A stretch of DNA of 64,000 bases, taken from Candidatus Omnitrophota bacterium (GTDB lineage Bacteria > Omnitrophota > Gorgyraeia > Gygaellales > Profunditerraquicolaceae). The DNA lies in contig JBAZQO010000001.1 in assembly GCA_041645145.1 (NCBI GenBank), positions 2,327 to 66,326 of the forward strand, read 5' to 3'. The translations under genes and the position numbers were made by a program. How positions within the stretch are numbered: position 1 is the stretch's first letter; every line of letters starts with the position of its first letter. The notes beneath the pieces are model-generated. The model ran no database searches, was not told where the DNA came from, and worked only from the letters and a program-made list of their open reading frames with translations. Shown here piece by piece: positions 9,548 through 18,741 of the stretch.

Positions 9548-10912
9548 TTAAGAAATACCGCCCTTATAAACTCCTAAGATTTTAGCCAACCCGAATAACA
9601 TTCCTCTTCTTATTTCCCGGATCCTTGGGCTGTTCTTCCCCCTGATATACCATTCTGAGTTATTATTATAGCGGATATTCAAAGAACCCTGCTCTCTCCA
9701 TAACCGCGATTTATGCGGGATATAACAGCTGCTGACACTTACGAACTCATCAATATATTCCCGGTTATTAAATAAAAAGATCATAGTCTCTATAACGTCG
9801 CTCCATCTTTCCGCAGGATAGCCTACCATCCATAATGTATTAACCCTGATTCCGGAATCGTGAGTTCTCCGTAAAGCTTGAGAAATATGTTTTTTTAGCG
9901 GCTTGCCCATATGCGCCAGGACTCTGGCGGCCCCGCTTTCAATGCCATATGTAAAATAAATCCCGCCTGCTTTCTTTATTTTGCACAGAAATTCCTGCGA
10001 CATTTCTATCCGCGCCCGGGCCATACCTCCCCATTCAAAATTATTCTTACTGGCGATTATTTTATCCGTTAATTGCCCCAATTTCTCTAAATCTCCGTTA
10101 ATCATTAAATCGTTGCACTTAAAACGCCTGCGGCCAAAGAGCTCGCCATGCTTTATCATTTCTTCAAGGATGTTATCGGCGCTCCTCATGCGATACCTTC
10201 CCCACATAGGCGCGTCCGTACAGAATGCGCAGCTATAATTACATCCCCGGCTGAAAATAATCGGGATTTCTAATTTATTAGTATAGCGCTCGAGATCAAA
10301 TAGTTTTAGTGCAGGAGACAGGATGCTATCAACATCCAAAGGATTCGCATCCCAACCATTATCTTTGAAACCGGTGCCCGTATTAACCAATGTGCCTTCT
10401 AAGGCTAAATCCATTATGGATTCGCCACGCTCAATTATTTTCGCTATTCTACTAATGATCTTCTCGCCTTCCCCCCGGACATAAACATCAACATTGTTAT
10501 TCAACTCTCCGGATTCTATAATCTCCGTGCACAAGGGACCGCCAAATACAATACAGGCATCCTTCGCTTTCTTCTTTAATACATCCGCCAATAAATTAGC
10601 CAATATTCTGGAATGGCTGTTAACGCTTAAACCTATAATTTTTGGATCACACTCCAAAACGGTTTCTGTCCATTTTTCTACCAAATCCGAAACATTAAAA
10701 TTTCTATTTATTTTTTCTAAAGAAGCCCAGTGATCGGAATTTTCCCAGTCCCACAAAAATTGTTTATCTTTACTCTCTACGTATAGTTGAGAATTGAAAC
10801 AAAAAACAGAAACTTTATATCCGTCATTCATTAACTGGCTGGCTATATATGCTATGCCCAAAGGTGGCATATCAACTCCGTAGAGAGGAGGAAAGACCAA
10901 GGCTACATTCAT
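9548..10912 (-). CDS. B12-binding (class B) radical SAM protein
   Basis: The N-terminus MNVALVFPPLYGVDMPPLGIAYIASQL...GYKVSVF is typical of a cobalamin-binding domain. Further on is IIFSRGCNYSCAFCTD (CxxxCxxC). Its stop overlaps the next gene's start (ATGA). Confidence 0.75.
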   Translation of the reverse strand: MNVALVFPPLYGVDMPPLGIAYIASQLMNDGYKVSVFCFNSQLYVESKDKQFLWDWENSDHWASLEKINRNFNVSDLVEKWTETVLECDPKIIGLSVNSHSRILANLLADVLKKKAKDACIVFGGPLCTEIIESGELNNNVDVYVRGEGEKIISRIAKIIERGESIMDLALEGTLVNTGTGFKDNGWDANPLDVDSILSPALKLFDLERYTNKLEIPIIFSRGCNYSCAFCTDAPMWGRYRMRSADNILEEMIKHGELFGRRRFKCNDLMINGDLEKLGQLTDKIIASKNNFEWGGMARARIEMSQEFLCKIKKAGGIYFTYGIESGAARVLAHMGKPLKKHISQALRRTHDSGIRVNTLWMVGYPAERWSDVIETMIFLFNNREYIDEFVSVSSCYIPHKSRLWREQGSLNIRYNNNSEWYIRGKNSPRIREIRRGMLFGLAKILGVYKGGIS

Positions 10913-11970
10913 TTTTGCTTTCTAAAGTTATTTTTTAAGATATCCCTTAAGCTGGCTGATTCCTGCCGGGCGTGACAATCCTGAAGGCAGTAATTACGGC
11001 ATTTTTTGATTTTAACCCTTCTTTTCTTAGCCTTAAGAGAAAACCAATTATTTTTTACCGAAGGCTCTCTTCTTATATTCCCGATTTCTTCGCCGCACAT
11101 TTGGATTGAGCCGCCGGGGACTACTACAAACCTGCGATAACCTGCAAAACAAACCCAATCACCCTCACACAGATCCCTCCTGAAATATTTCTTTATTAAA
11201 TAAAAACTGGGATAGTTCAGGCCGTATCCTTTCTGTTGAAGAAGATCGATTTTATCTATCATCTCATCCAGCTTTTTTAAACGGTCACCAGTAATCCACA
11301 AATTTCCTTCACTGCTCCCAGAGTCCTGCTTATACAACTTAACATTGTTCAGGACAACAGAAGTTATATACAAGGCGTCAACCGACAAACCTTTGGCAAG
11401 ATGGAAATATTCCTCTAATTCATCAAGGTTATAATTAGATAGGGTCAATATCAATACCTTGATTAATTTCTTTTCCTCCGGGGAATTATTTAAATGCCTT
11501 ATTCCCTGCATTATTTTATCGTAAGCGCCGGGTTGGGCTCTAATTTTATCATGCGTTTTGCCTCTGGCGCCATCAAGGGATATCGTAATTACATCAAGCT
11601 TAGACTGAATTAACCTTCTTGCCACCTCTTCAGTTATCAGCGTGCCATTCGTGGTTAGAATAACGGTTAAGCCCAGCGATTTTGCATATTCTATAACATC
11701 AAAACATATCTCGCACAAAAGAGGCTCTCCTCCGCATAGATTGACTTCCTTAACCCCCCATTCGCGGCACTGATTCAGAATATCCTTAATTTCTTTAAGG
11801 GTTAATTCCTCGCTTATGTTTGCAGCCTTCCATACGCTACACATCTCGCATCTAAGATTGCATCTACTGGTAAGGGATATCTGCAGGGTATCGGGTGGAA
11901 CAAGAGGGAAATTAATCTTTCGCGACAGCCAAAATCCGAAATCCCTTTTTATTTTATCAATTTTATTCAT
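10909..11970 (-). CDS. radical SAM / SPASM-domain protein (paralog 5)
   Basis: CNLRCEMC; CGGEPLLCEICFDVI. C-terminal CFAGYRRFVVVPGGSIQMCGEEIGNI...CRNYCLQDC. Confidence 0.75.
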   Translation of the reverse strand: MNKIDKIKRDFGFWLSRKINFPLVPPDTLQISLTSRCNLRCEMCSVWKAANISEELTLKEIKDILNQCREWGVKEVNLCGGEPLLCEICFDVIEYAKSLGLTVILTTNGTLITEEVARRLIQSKLDVITISLDGARGKTHDKIRAQPGAYDKIMQGIRHLNNSPEEKKLIKVLILTLSNYNLDELEEYFHLAKGLSVDALYITSVVLNNVKLYKQDSGSSEGNLWITGDRLKKLDEMIDKIDLLQQKGYGLNYPSFYLIKKYFRRDLCEGDWVCFAGYRRFVVVPGGSIQMCGEEIGNIRREPSVKNNWFSLKAKKRRVKIKKCRNYCLQDCHARQESASLRDILKNNFRKQK

Positions 11971-11991
11971 AATCCAGCGGTAATGTTATTT

Positions 11992-13914
11992 TCAATCGCA
12001 AAAACAAGGCAAAAGACAGGGATTTTTGCACTCCCTGACCCTTTTTCTTGCCTGCACACTCTTTTCAGATTCGAAAATCTTTCTTAAGGAGTCTTTCCGG
12101 ATATTACCATAACTTTCAAAACAAGTAGCTACATCGCCGTTGTTAGCAACCAGAACCGTCTTAGCTGCATAAAGGCACTTTACATCGCCTTGGGATAAAT
12201 ACCCCCGGAAATATTTTTTTACAAGCCTGAGGTTATTCTCTGAATTACGCACAAGGAGATAATTATCTTTTTTAAATTCAAGCAATTTATCTATTACCGC
12301 ATCTAATACTGCCAGCCTCTCCTGAGGTATCCAGTATTTAGTTCCCCCCCTCCTCTCTTTCATTATTAGATTATTGGGAAGCAGGGGTTGAAACTGGATA
12401 GAATTAACATTGAGTGATTTTAAAAAAACAGCTAAGTCCAAAAGCTCTTCCAGATTCTCATTAAGAATTATAGAGATAGTGTTAAAATTTATACCTCGAC
12501 CCCTTTTCTTTAATCGGGAAAGTTTTTCCAGGGCAGCGGATGTCTTCTGGAAAGCTCCTTCGACCCCACGTATTTCATCATGAATTCCAGGGTTCAACGC
12601 GTCAAGTGAAATACTCAAAGAGAGGCTCCCCGAATTAAAATATGGCAGTAACTTATTAATAAAATATTCATTCAATATAATGCCATTAGTCAGCACGCCT
12701 ATATGGTAATTTTTTTCTTTTACAAAATCTAATATTTCAAAAATGTCCTCTCTTATAAAGGGTTCTCCGCCGGATAAAACAAATTCCCTGACTCCCCAGC
12801 CAATAGCTTCATTTATAAGATTTTTTATTTCATCCGAGGTGTACTCCCCGATTGGCTTATCTTTTCTTATTTCACAGATATTACATTTAAGATTACACCT
12901 GTGCGTAATATCCAAAATAATAACTTCCGGCTTGGGAGGATTGCTGACGGTGTTATTTTGGCCATTATTTAAGTCATTCTCCGGTATTTTTGCTGCTCTT
13001 ATATGCTCTACCGTATTACCGATTAAATAATTCACTTTATGCAACGCAAAATAAAGGAAAATTTGGAACTTTTCATATAAAGTAATGTGGGTAAGCGACC
13101 GGATTAAACGCCTGCCCAAAAGATAAGAAAAGCGCGGGATCTTGAAAAAATTTATGATTGACCCAAAAATAAAATAAGTGTTATTTTGAGTCTTTATTTC
13201 CTTTAATAGGGGGTGGTCTTTATGCACATGTTGCACCAAGTAATTCCCCCGGCCGTACATATACGCCTGTTTTAAAAATGAAATGATGTTTGTATGACAA
13301 TCGTGGAATATTTTTATATCTTGCTTATAGCTAAGCCTGCCGCCATTTTTAAAAATCCTCCAGAATAAATCTAGATCTTCACCTGCGGGAAAAGGGAACA
13401 GTTCATTGAAACCATTGACAAGATAATCTCGCTTAAAAGACACATTGCAAGTCGGGAAAAATATAGTTTCGGGCTTTCCCTTTATCTCGGTTGCTATTGC
13501 TCCGTCACTTAAAAATTGGCTAACCTTCGCCTTAATATTATGGCTGGCGACCTCAGTAGTACCCCCAATTGCTGCGATATGTTTCTCTAATCTATGCGCC
13601 TGAACCATCTGCCTGACCCAATCTTTATTCAAGATACAATCGCTATCCGTAAAACCGATTATTTCTGCAGATGCATATTTTATGCCTAAATTTCGCGCAA
13701 CAGCAGGGCCTTTGTGCTGTTGAATAAAATACCTCAAGTTAGGATTTATTTTAGAAAGCGCCTCAAGCATATCTTTAGTTCCATCATTAGAACCATCATC
13801 TATTACAATTATCTCAAAGGCATCTTTTGGATAAATCTGCGCGAATAAGGAATCGAGGCATTGTCTGAGTTTGAGCTTTCGATTATAAGTAGGAACTACT
13901 ATAGTAAAATCCAT
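11992..13914 (-). CDS. fusion protein: N-terminal GT2 glycosyltransferase + C-terminal radical SAM/SPASM domain
   Basis: N-terminus MDFTIVVPTYNRKLKLRQCLDSLFAQ...IIVIDDGSNDGT (GT2). C-terminal half: ILDITHRCNLKCNICEIR (CxxxCxxC), GGEPFIREDIFEIL, CLYAAKTVLVANNGDVATCFESYGNI...CKNPCLLPCFCD. Confidence 0.7.
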   Translation of the reverse strand: MDFTIVVPTYNRKLKLRQCLDSLFAQIYPKDAFEIIVIDDGSNDGTKDMLEALSKINPNLRYFIQQHKGPAVARNLGIKYASAEIIGFTDSDCILNKDWVRQMVQAHRLEKHIAAIGGTTEVASHNIKAKVSQFLSDGAIATEIKGKPETIFFPTCNVSFKRDYLVNGFNELFPFPAGEDLDLFWRIFKNGGRLSYKQDIKIFHDCHTNIISFLKQAYMYGRGNYLVQHVHKDHPLLKEIKTQNNTYFIFGSIINFFKIPRFSYLLGRRLIRSLTHITLYEKFQIFLYFALHKVNYLIGNTVEHIRAAKIPENDLNNGQNNTVSNPPKPEVIILDITHRCNLKCNICEIRKDKPIGEYTSDEIKNLINEAIGWGVREFVLSGGEPFIREDIFEILDFVKEKNYHIGVLTNGIILNEYFINKLLPYFNSGSLSLSISLDALNPGIHDEIRGVEGAFQKTSAALEKLSRLKKRGRGINFNTISIILNENLEELLDLAVFLKSLNVNSIQFQPLLPNNLIMKERRGGTKYWIPQERLAVLDAVIDKLLEFKKDNYLLVRNSENNLRLVKKYFRGYLSQGDVKCLYAAKTVLVANNGDVATCFESYGNIRKDSLRKIFESEKSVQARKRVRECKNPCLLPCFCD

Positions 13915-16629
13915 TTATTTATCTTGTATAGTTAGAAGACCGGAAAAATAATGATATTTGCCGGGGGAAAAATTTGTTTGCGCGGAAGAAGAGTATTGTA
14001 AAATCCTGCCGCGATGATATCTATCGGAATTTATTATTTTAAGATGCCATTGTGGATTTGATTTTTTGAGAGACAAAGAAACCCGCGGTAAATTATATAT
14101 AGGATTCTCTCTTAAGCTAATAATTCGATCGTCTTTTTTACCACTCCATAAACAATCCCAGTTATCATCAACATCATCTGCGAATTCGGGAAAGAAACCC
14201 TCTTCCTTGTCAACCAGCCATTGAGAAAATCTCTCAGAAAACATAATATTGGACTGAAGACAATCTACCTCAATTTCTTTTTCTACTTCCAGCCTGACCA
14301 TCCATTCAAATAACCCATCATCTTTAATCGCTATCTCCCATTCCTGAGACAAGGGCAGCTGGAGCCATTTGCCAACAGCTTTAATTTGCTGGCTATCTTT
14401 ATAGATAATTTTCCAAGAAGCAGAAGAAAAAGAGTCATGCCAACGCCCCTTTGAACGCATTGAGGTATAGAGGGCGATATTCTTGGTAAGCTCCTCACCG
14501 TTTTTATAAAACCTCCCGCTTCCTTTATTAAATACAAATCTGATATTTTTATCTTCGATGATATTATTAAGCTTATCAATGTCCGTTGTTTTGTTTCTAT
14601 CCAAAACAAACCGCGTCCTAAAGCATTCATATTTACCCGGGGAAAACATAACGTTTATTTCCGGCTCAACCTTTTCCAAATGTAAGAGCCTTGCTTTACT
14701 ATAATGATCGGAGTTAAAAACTTTTATAAAATTGCCTAATTTTTCGGAGAAAAACAAAGAGACCTGGGGGAGACTTCCCGTAGGATCCCTTAATCCCACT
14801 TCTCCCGTAGAAACACACCTTTGCAATAAATCTACCTCCGTATCATTAAATGTGTCGCTGAATTTCTCAGAAACAAACTTACTAAAGAAAAGCTTAAAAT
14901 CTGCGGGGAAAAAACACCTTAGGCGCTGATGTTCAATAGCGATATCCCGTTTGGCTTCAATATCAACATCCCAGGTAAAAGAAAGACCATTGCATATATT
15001 GATGCGCCATGTTTGAGAAATTCCAAGATCATCCCAGTTACCTCGGGCAATCAATATATTATCTGACTCTTTTTCTAGCGTCCAGCGAGCCAAATCTGAA
15101 GTAAACCATCTCTGCTTTGTAAAAAATGCGGAATACATATGGCCGGCCTTAGTTAAAGGGATGTTATCAAAGAATACACTTAGCCTGCCATTATCAAATA
15201 TCAATTTTAACTTTTTGTTTGAAATAATAAACTCGTTTTGTATCTTAGAGACATAATCATGAATATCGGCAATATTAACCTTTATCGCGCCTGAAAAACA
15301 GATAAACCTACTGGGCTGGTTAATTGGGTTGCTGGAGATAGGTATCGTTTTATACTGCAGTATACGTCCGGGATTCAAATAATCAGAATTTAATACGGTC
15401 CCCTGACCAAGATATCTTAAGCGGGATTGTTCAAAAAACAAAGCTGGAAGCTTACCGGAAGCAGATTCCTGCGGATATACGCCAATGCAGACACTGGGTC
15501 CATTCTTGAAAAATATGGATTTCCAGTTCTTATCCTCTTCTTTTATAACAGGAAATTCTCCTTGTTCCGAGTCAACAAACCACTGCTTATAGCCGTCAAC
15601 GAGCATAACGTTAGCGTATATCTGGTGTAATTGTATATCTGTCTCCGTTTCAATTTCTATGTCCCACTTAATCTCATAATTATCAGATACCTCTATCCTC
15701 CAAATCTGAGACAGTGCAAGATGATAAAACTTACCCGTTGCTACCAACTTACCATTTGATTCCTCAACATCCCATTCTGCCTGAGTAGAACTATACCATA
15801 CGCCGGATATTCCAAATGTCGTATAAACTCCGGGAAAAGACGTGATTAATTTACCTTCCCAATTCAACAATAGGCGGCCGTTATTGAATACAAGGCTAAG
15901 CTGTTTTCTCGCAACAATGGCTATTCCCTTCGGGCTGCCGACTGCCTGCGAATAAAAAGACGCTACCTTGGCCGTTTCTCCATCTTTAATCATCATTCCA
16001 TTTTTCAAAAATATCGTTCTTTTGCACAGTTTCTGCAGCATTGCCATATCGTGGGTAACGATGATAACTGTTTTGCCGCTTTCTCCCACTTTAAATATTT
16101 CTTTAATACATTTTTTTTGGAAATACTCATCTCCCACGGCAAGCGTATCATCTATCAGGAAAATTTCCGGCTCCATATGAATGGCTATGGCAAAAGCCAA
16201 CCGCACAAACATGCCTTGCGAATAACACTTTACCGGGGCGTCTATAAACTTGCCGATCTCGGCAAAGTCGATAATCTGCTGATACCTTTTATTAATTTCA
16301 TCGCGGCTTAAGCCAAATAATTCAGACTGTAAAAAAATATTCTCTCTTCCCGTAAGCTCCGCTTGAAAGCCCGCGCCCAATTCCAGGAGCCCCGATACGC
16401 TGCCGGAGATATTTGCCTGGCCGCGGTCAGGATTTAACATTCCGGCAATTAATTTTAAAATGGTCGACTTACCCGAACCATTCTCGCCGATAATCCCCAG
16501 CGACTCACCCCTCTCCATAGAAAAACTGATTCCCCGCAAGGCCCAGAAATTTTGCCATGAGGCCTTACCCTCAATAATAAACTTGATGCGATACATCTCC
16601 CATACATCATTAAATTTAATTATAGGCAT
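13915..16629 (-). CDS. wzt: Wzt/KpsT-type ABC transporter ATP-binding protein with ~670-aa C-terminal extension of three tandem repeat modules
   Basis: N-terminal ~235 aa: Walker A GENGSGKST, signature-like YSQGM, Walker B IFLIDD, H-loop VTHD. This is the polysaccharide-exporter ATPase family. The remaining ~670 aa form three ~220-aa repeats, each with an L.L.FNNGRL...W..L..SQ.WRI...W.V.IE...DI core and an NSD(Y/H/R)...RILQY...SPGKY(E/H)(C/Y)F tail. Confidence 0.75.
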   Translation of the reverse strand: MPIIKFNDVWEMYRIKFIIEGKASWQNFWALRGISFSMERGESLGIIGENGSGKSTILKLIAGMLNPDRGQANISGSVSGLLELGAGFQAELTGRENIFLQSELFGLSRDEINKRYQQIIDFAEIGKFIDAPVKCYSQGMFVRLAFAIAIHMEPEIFLIDDTLAVGDEYFQKKCIKEIFKVGESGKTVIIVTHDMAMLQKLCKRTIFLKNGMMIKDGETAKVASFYSQAVGSPKGIAIVARKQLSLVFNNGRLLLNWEGKLITSFPGVYTTFGISGVWYSSTQAEWDVEESNGKLVATGKFYHLALSQIWRIEVSDNYEIKWDIEIETETDIQLHQIYANVMLVDGYKQWFVDSEQGEFPVIKEEDKNWKSIFFKNGPSVCIGVYPQESASGKLPALFFEQSRLRYLGQGTVLNSDYLNPGRILQYKTIPISSNPINQPSRFICFSGAIKVNIADIHDYVSKIQNEFIISNKKLKLIFDNGRLSVFFDNIPLTKAGHMYSAFFTKQRWFTSDLARWTLEKESDNILIARGNWDDLGISQTWRINICNGLSFTWDVDIEAKRDIAIEHQRLRCFFPADFKLFFSKFVSEKFSDTFNDTEVDLLQRCVSTGEVGLRDPTGSLPQVSLFFSEKLGNFIKVFNSDHYSKARLLHLEKVEPEINVMFSPGKYECFRTRFVLDRNKTTDIDKLNNIIEDKNIRFVFNKGSGRFYKNGEELTKNIALYTSMRSKGRWHDSFSSASWKIIYKDSQQIKAVGKWLQLPLSQEWEIAIKDDGLFEWMVRLEVEKEIEVDCLQSNIMFSERFSQWLVDKEEGFFPEFADDVDDNWDCLWSGKKDDRIISLRENPIYNLPRVSLSLKKSNPQWHLKIINSDRYHRGRILQYSSSAQTNFSPGKYHYFSGLLTIQDK

Positions 16630-16630
16630 A

Positions 16631-17422
16631 TTAAATACGTTTTAAGGCGCTGGATTCAAGACAAACCGACACCGACAGCCCGATAAATAAACTGAAAAAA
16701 GCCCAACCGATAACCCCCAAGAACGTCCCGACATCCGGTATCCTGCCGTAAAGAATTATCTCCCGGTAACAGATAATAAACGGAGACATCGGATTAAAAT
16801 TAAAAGCCCACCGGAATTCAGGCGGAATCATCTCTATAGAGTAAAAAACAGGGGTGACCCAAAACCAAAACATAAGCAGGATTCCAAGCAAATGTTCCAG
16901 GTCACGGAAAAGAATGTTAATTACGCTAAATAACAAACTAATCCCGCAGGTAAAAAAATAAGTCAACAAAAATATAACCGGCAACAAAGGGGTCAGGGGG
17001 ATAATCTTGGGATTGTGGAAAGAAAATACCGGATAGACAATGCACCAACTCATAAGAAAACTCATAAAATAAGACAAGACAGAACTCAAGGGCAGTATCT
17101 CTTTCGGTAAACTGAATTGATGGAGGACGCTTTTCTGGACTAAAAGAGAGGGAGTGGCTTCGGATAGAGCCCCGGAAAAAAACATCCACGGTAAAATACC
17201 CGAAAGCACAAACAAAGCGAAATCTTTTACTCCGGTTTTAAAAACAGCGGTAAATACAAAGGTTATTACCAGCATCATGAGCAAAGGGTTTATTATCACC
17301 CAGAAAAAACCTAAAACAGAACCGGCGTATTTAGCCTTAAATTGCTTTAATGACATGCTCCATAAAGAGCGCCGGTAAGAATATATTTTCTGAATTCTTT
17401 TTATAATTAATTTTACGGGCAT
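16631..17422 (-). CDS. wzm: ABC-2 type polysaccharide exporter permease (Wzm/KpsM/TagG family)
   Basis: 263 aa with six predicted TM helices. It lies immediately downstream of the ABC ATPase, 1 nt apart, which is the typical Wzm-Wzt pair. Confidence 0.75.
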   Translation of the reverse strand: MPVKLIIKRIQKIYSYRRSLWSMSLKQFKAKYAGSVLGFFWVIINPLLMMLVITFVFTAVFKTGVKDFALFVLSGILPWMFFSGALSEATPSLLVQKSVLHQFSLPKEILPLSSVLSYFMSFLMSWCIVYPVFSFHNPKIIPLTPLLPVIFLLTYFFTCGISLLFSVINILFRDLEHLLGILLMFWFWVTPVFYSIEMIPPEFRWAFNFNPMSPFIICYREIILYGRIPDVGTFLGVIGWAFFSLFIGLSVSVCLESSALKRI

Positions 17423-17430
17423 TCCGCTCC

Positions 17431-18741
17431 CTACAGCTTAGGGCCTTTGTTCAACCTGGATATTTCATTGTCTATAAAACTTTTGCCTGAGGAAAGCTGC
17501 TTTGCTTTTTCTAAACTATTTAATGCTAAATCATGTTTATCCATTTTTTCGTATATCTTAGATATAGTAAGACGCGCCTGCCTGTAGCGGGGATACGTAG
17601 AAACCAAACCTTCTGCTATTTCCCGCGCCCTGCTTGATTCGCCGGCGCCATTTAACGCGTAGGCATAATTATTCAATAGAGCAGGATCTGCAGGTGAGTT
17701 TTTGAGTTTTTCCCGGCAATACTTTGCTTCTTGCCGGTATTCCGCAAGCGCCTGTTCACCTCTGCCCAAGTTAACATAAATATCAGCCAAGTCATTATGT
17801 AAATTGGGATAATCATTTTTTAACACCCTCACCTTATTATACTCCAATATTGCCTGATTAAACATTTTGTCATCGCGATATACACTCCCCAGGCTATAAA
17901 TATAATCCACATTATCCGGAGCCAGGCTGACTGCCTTCTGTAAATAAGGCAGCGCTTCTCTGTAACGTTCAAGGCGCATCAATAATAATCCCAGCTCATT
18001 GTAACTGGATGCGTCGTCGCTATCCAAAGATATTGTCTTTTGCGCGTAGAAAACTGCCTTCTCAATATCTCTTTTTCTAAAATAGATGTCAGAAAGCAAT
18101 CTGTAAGCATGGCGAAACTGCGGATCTATTGTGATAGATTTATTCAGGTTTATTTCGGCATTATTGTAATCCTGCCCGGAGAGATAATAATAGCCCAAGG
18201 TATAATACGCCAAGACGTTCCCCGGGCAGAAGAGAAGAACATTCTCCAGTATAGAGATCGCCTCTTTATTCTTCTGCGCCAGGTGCAACCCTGCGCTCGT
18301 GCCTAAGGCGCCGGCAAAATAGGTATCGCAGCAGTTTTTGAATGACTCCTTTATTCTTTCATCTGACGGATTTTCCTTCTGCCCCTGGAGTAAAATCCTC
18401 AGCGCTTCCGCGTAATTTCCCTCCTCATGATAGATGCGGGCTAAAGAATCATACGCCCTGGCGCAAAGAGGATTAATACCCAGCGCTTTTTTGTATTCCC
18501 GGGCTGAAGTCTGGTAATCCTTACTTTCCAAATAAAGATCTGCCAACCCTAAATGCGCCATCCAGGCTTTGGGATTAATCCTCAGAGAGTTTCTGTAAGC
18601 GGCCTCTGCTTTTTTGTAATCCCGGTGTTCAAAATAATAATTTCCCTGGTTACAAAAGAATGCCCCCAGCTTACCCCAGGCCGAGTATGCGAAGATCGCT
18701 AACAAAACCAAAAACAGTGAATATTCAATTGCCTTCTTCAT
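17431..18741 (-). CDS. TPR-repeat protein with N-terminal membrane anchor
   Basis: N-terminal hydrophobic helix (YSLFLVLLAIFAYSAWG) is followed by more than eight ~34-aa repeats with the TPR consensus (W/Y..LG..Y....Y..A...Y..AL...P). Confidence 0.7.
   Translation of the reverse strand: MKKAIEYSLFLVLLAIFAYSAWGKLGAFFCNQGNYYFEHRDYKKAEAAYRNSLRINPKAWMAHLGLADLYLESKDYQTSAREYKKALGINPLCARAYDSLARIYHEEGNYAEALRILLQGQKENPSDERIKESFKNCCDTYFAGALGTSAGLHLAQKNKEAISILENVLLFCPGNVLAYYTLGYYYLSGQDYNNAEINLNKSITIDPQFRHAYRLLSDIYFRKRDIEKAVFYAQKTISLDSDDASSYNELGLLLMRLERYREALPYLQKAVSLAPDNVDYIYSLGSVYRDDKMFNQAILEYNKVRVLKNDYPNLHNDLADIYVNLGRGEQALAEYRQEAKYCREKLKNSPADPALLNNYAYALNGAGESSRAREIAEGLVSTYPRYRQARLTISKIYEKMDKHDLALNSLEKAKQLSSGKSFIDNEISRLNKGPKL

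Noticed and set aside
2837-11970. Interpretation of the rSAM-SPASM paralogs as anaerobic sulfatase-maturing enzymes (anSME)
   Set aside because: The N-terminal motif and size resemble anSMEs, but there is no sulfatase (C/S-x-P-x-R) gene anywhere in the window. Six to seven copies in one operon would also be unprecedented for sulfatase maturation.
2837-13914. Interpretation of the rSAM-SPASM array as a RiPP (ribosomal peptide) maturation cluster
   Set aside because: I found no short Cys/Gly/Ser-rich precursor-peptide ORFs with an RBS adjacent to any of the rSAM genes. The intergenic gaps are 0-30 nt or overlapping. The physical GT2-rSAM fusion and the surrounding glycan genes argue for carbohydrate substrates. 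Not fully excluded without an HMM-based precursor search.
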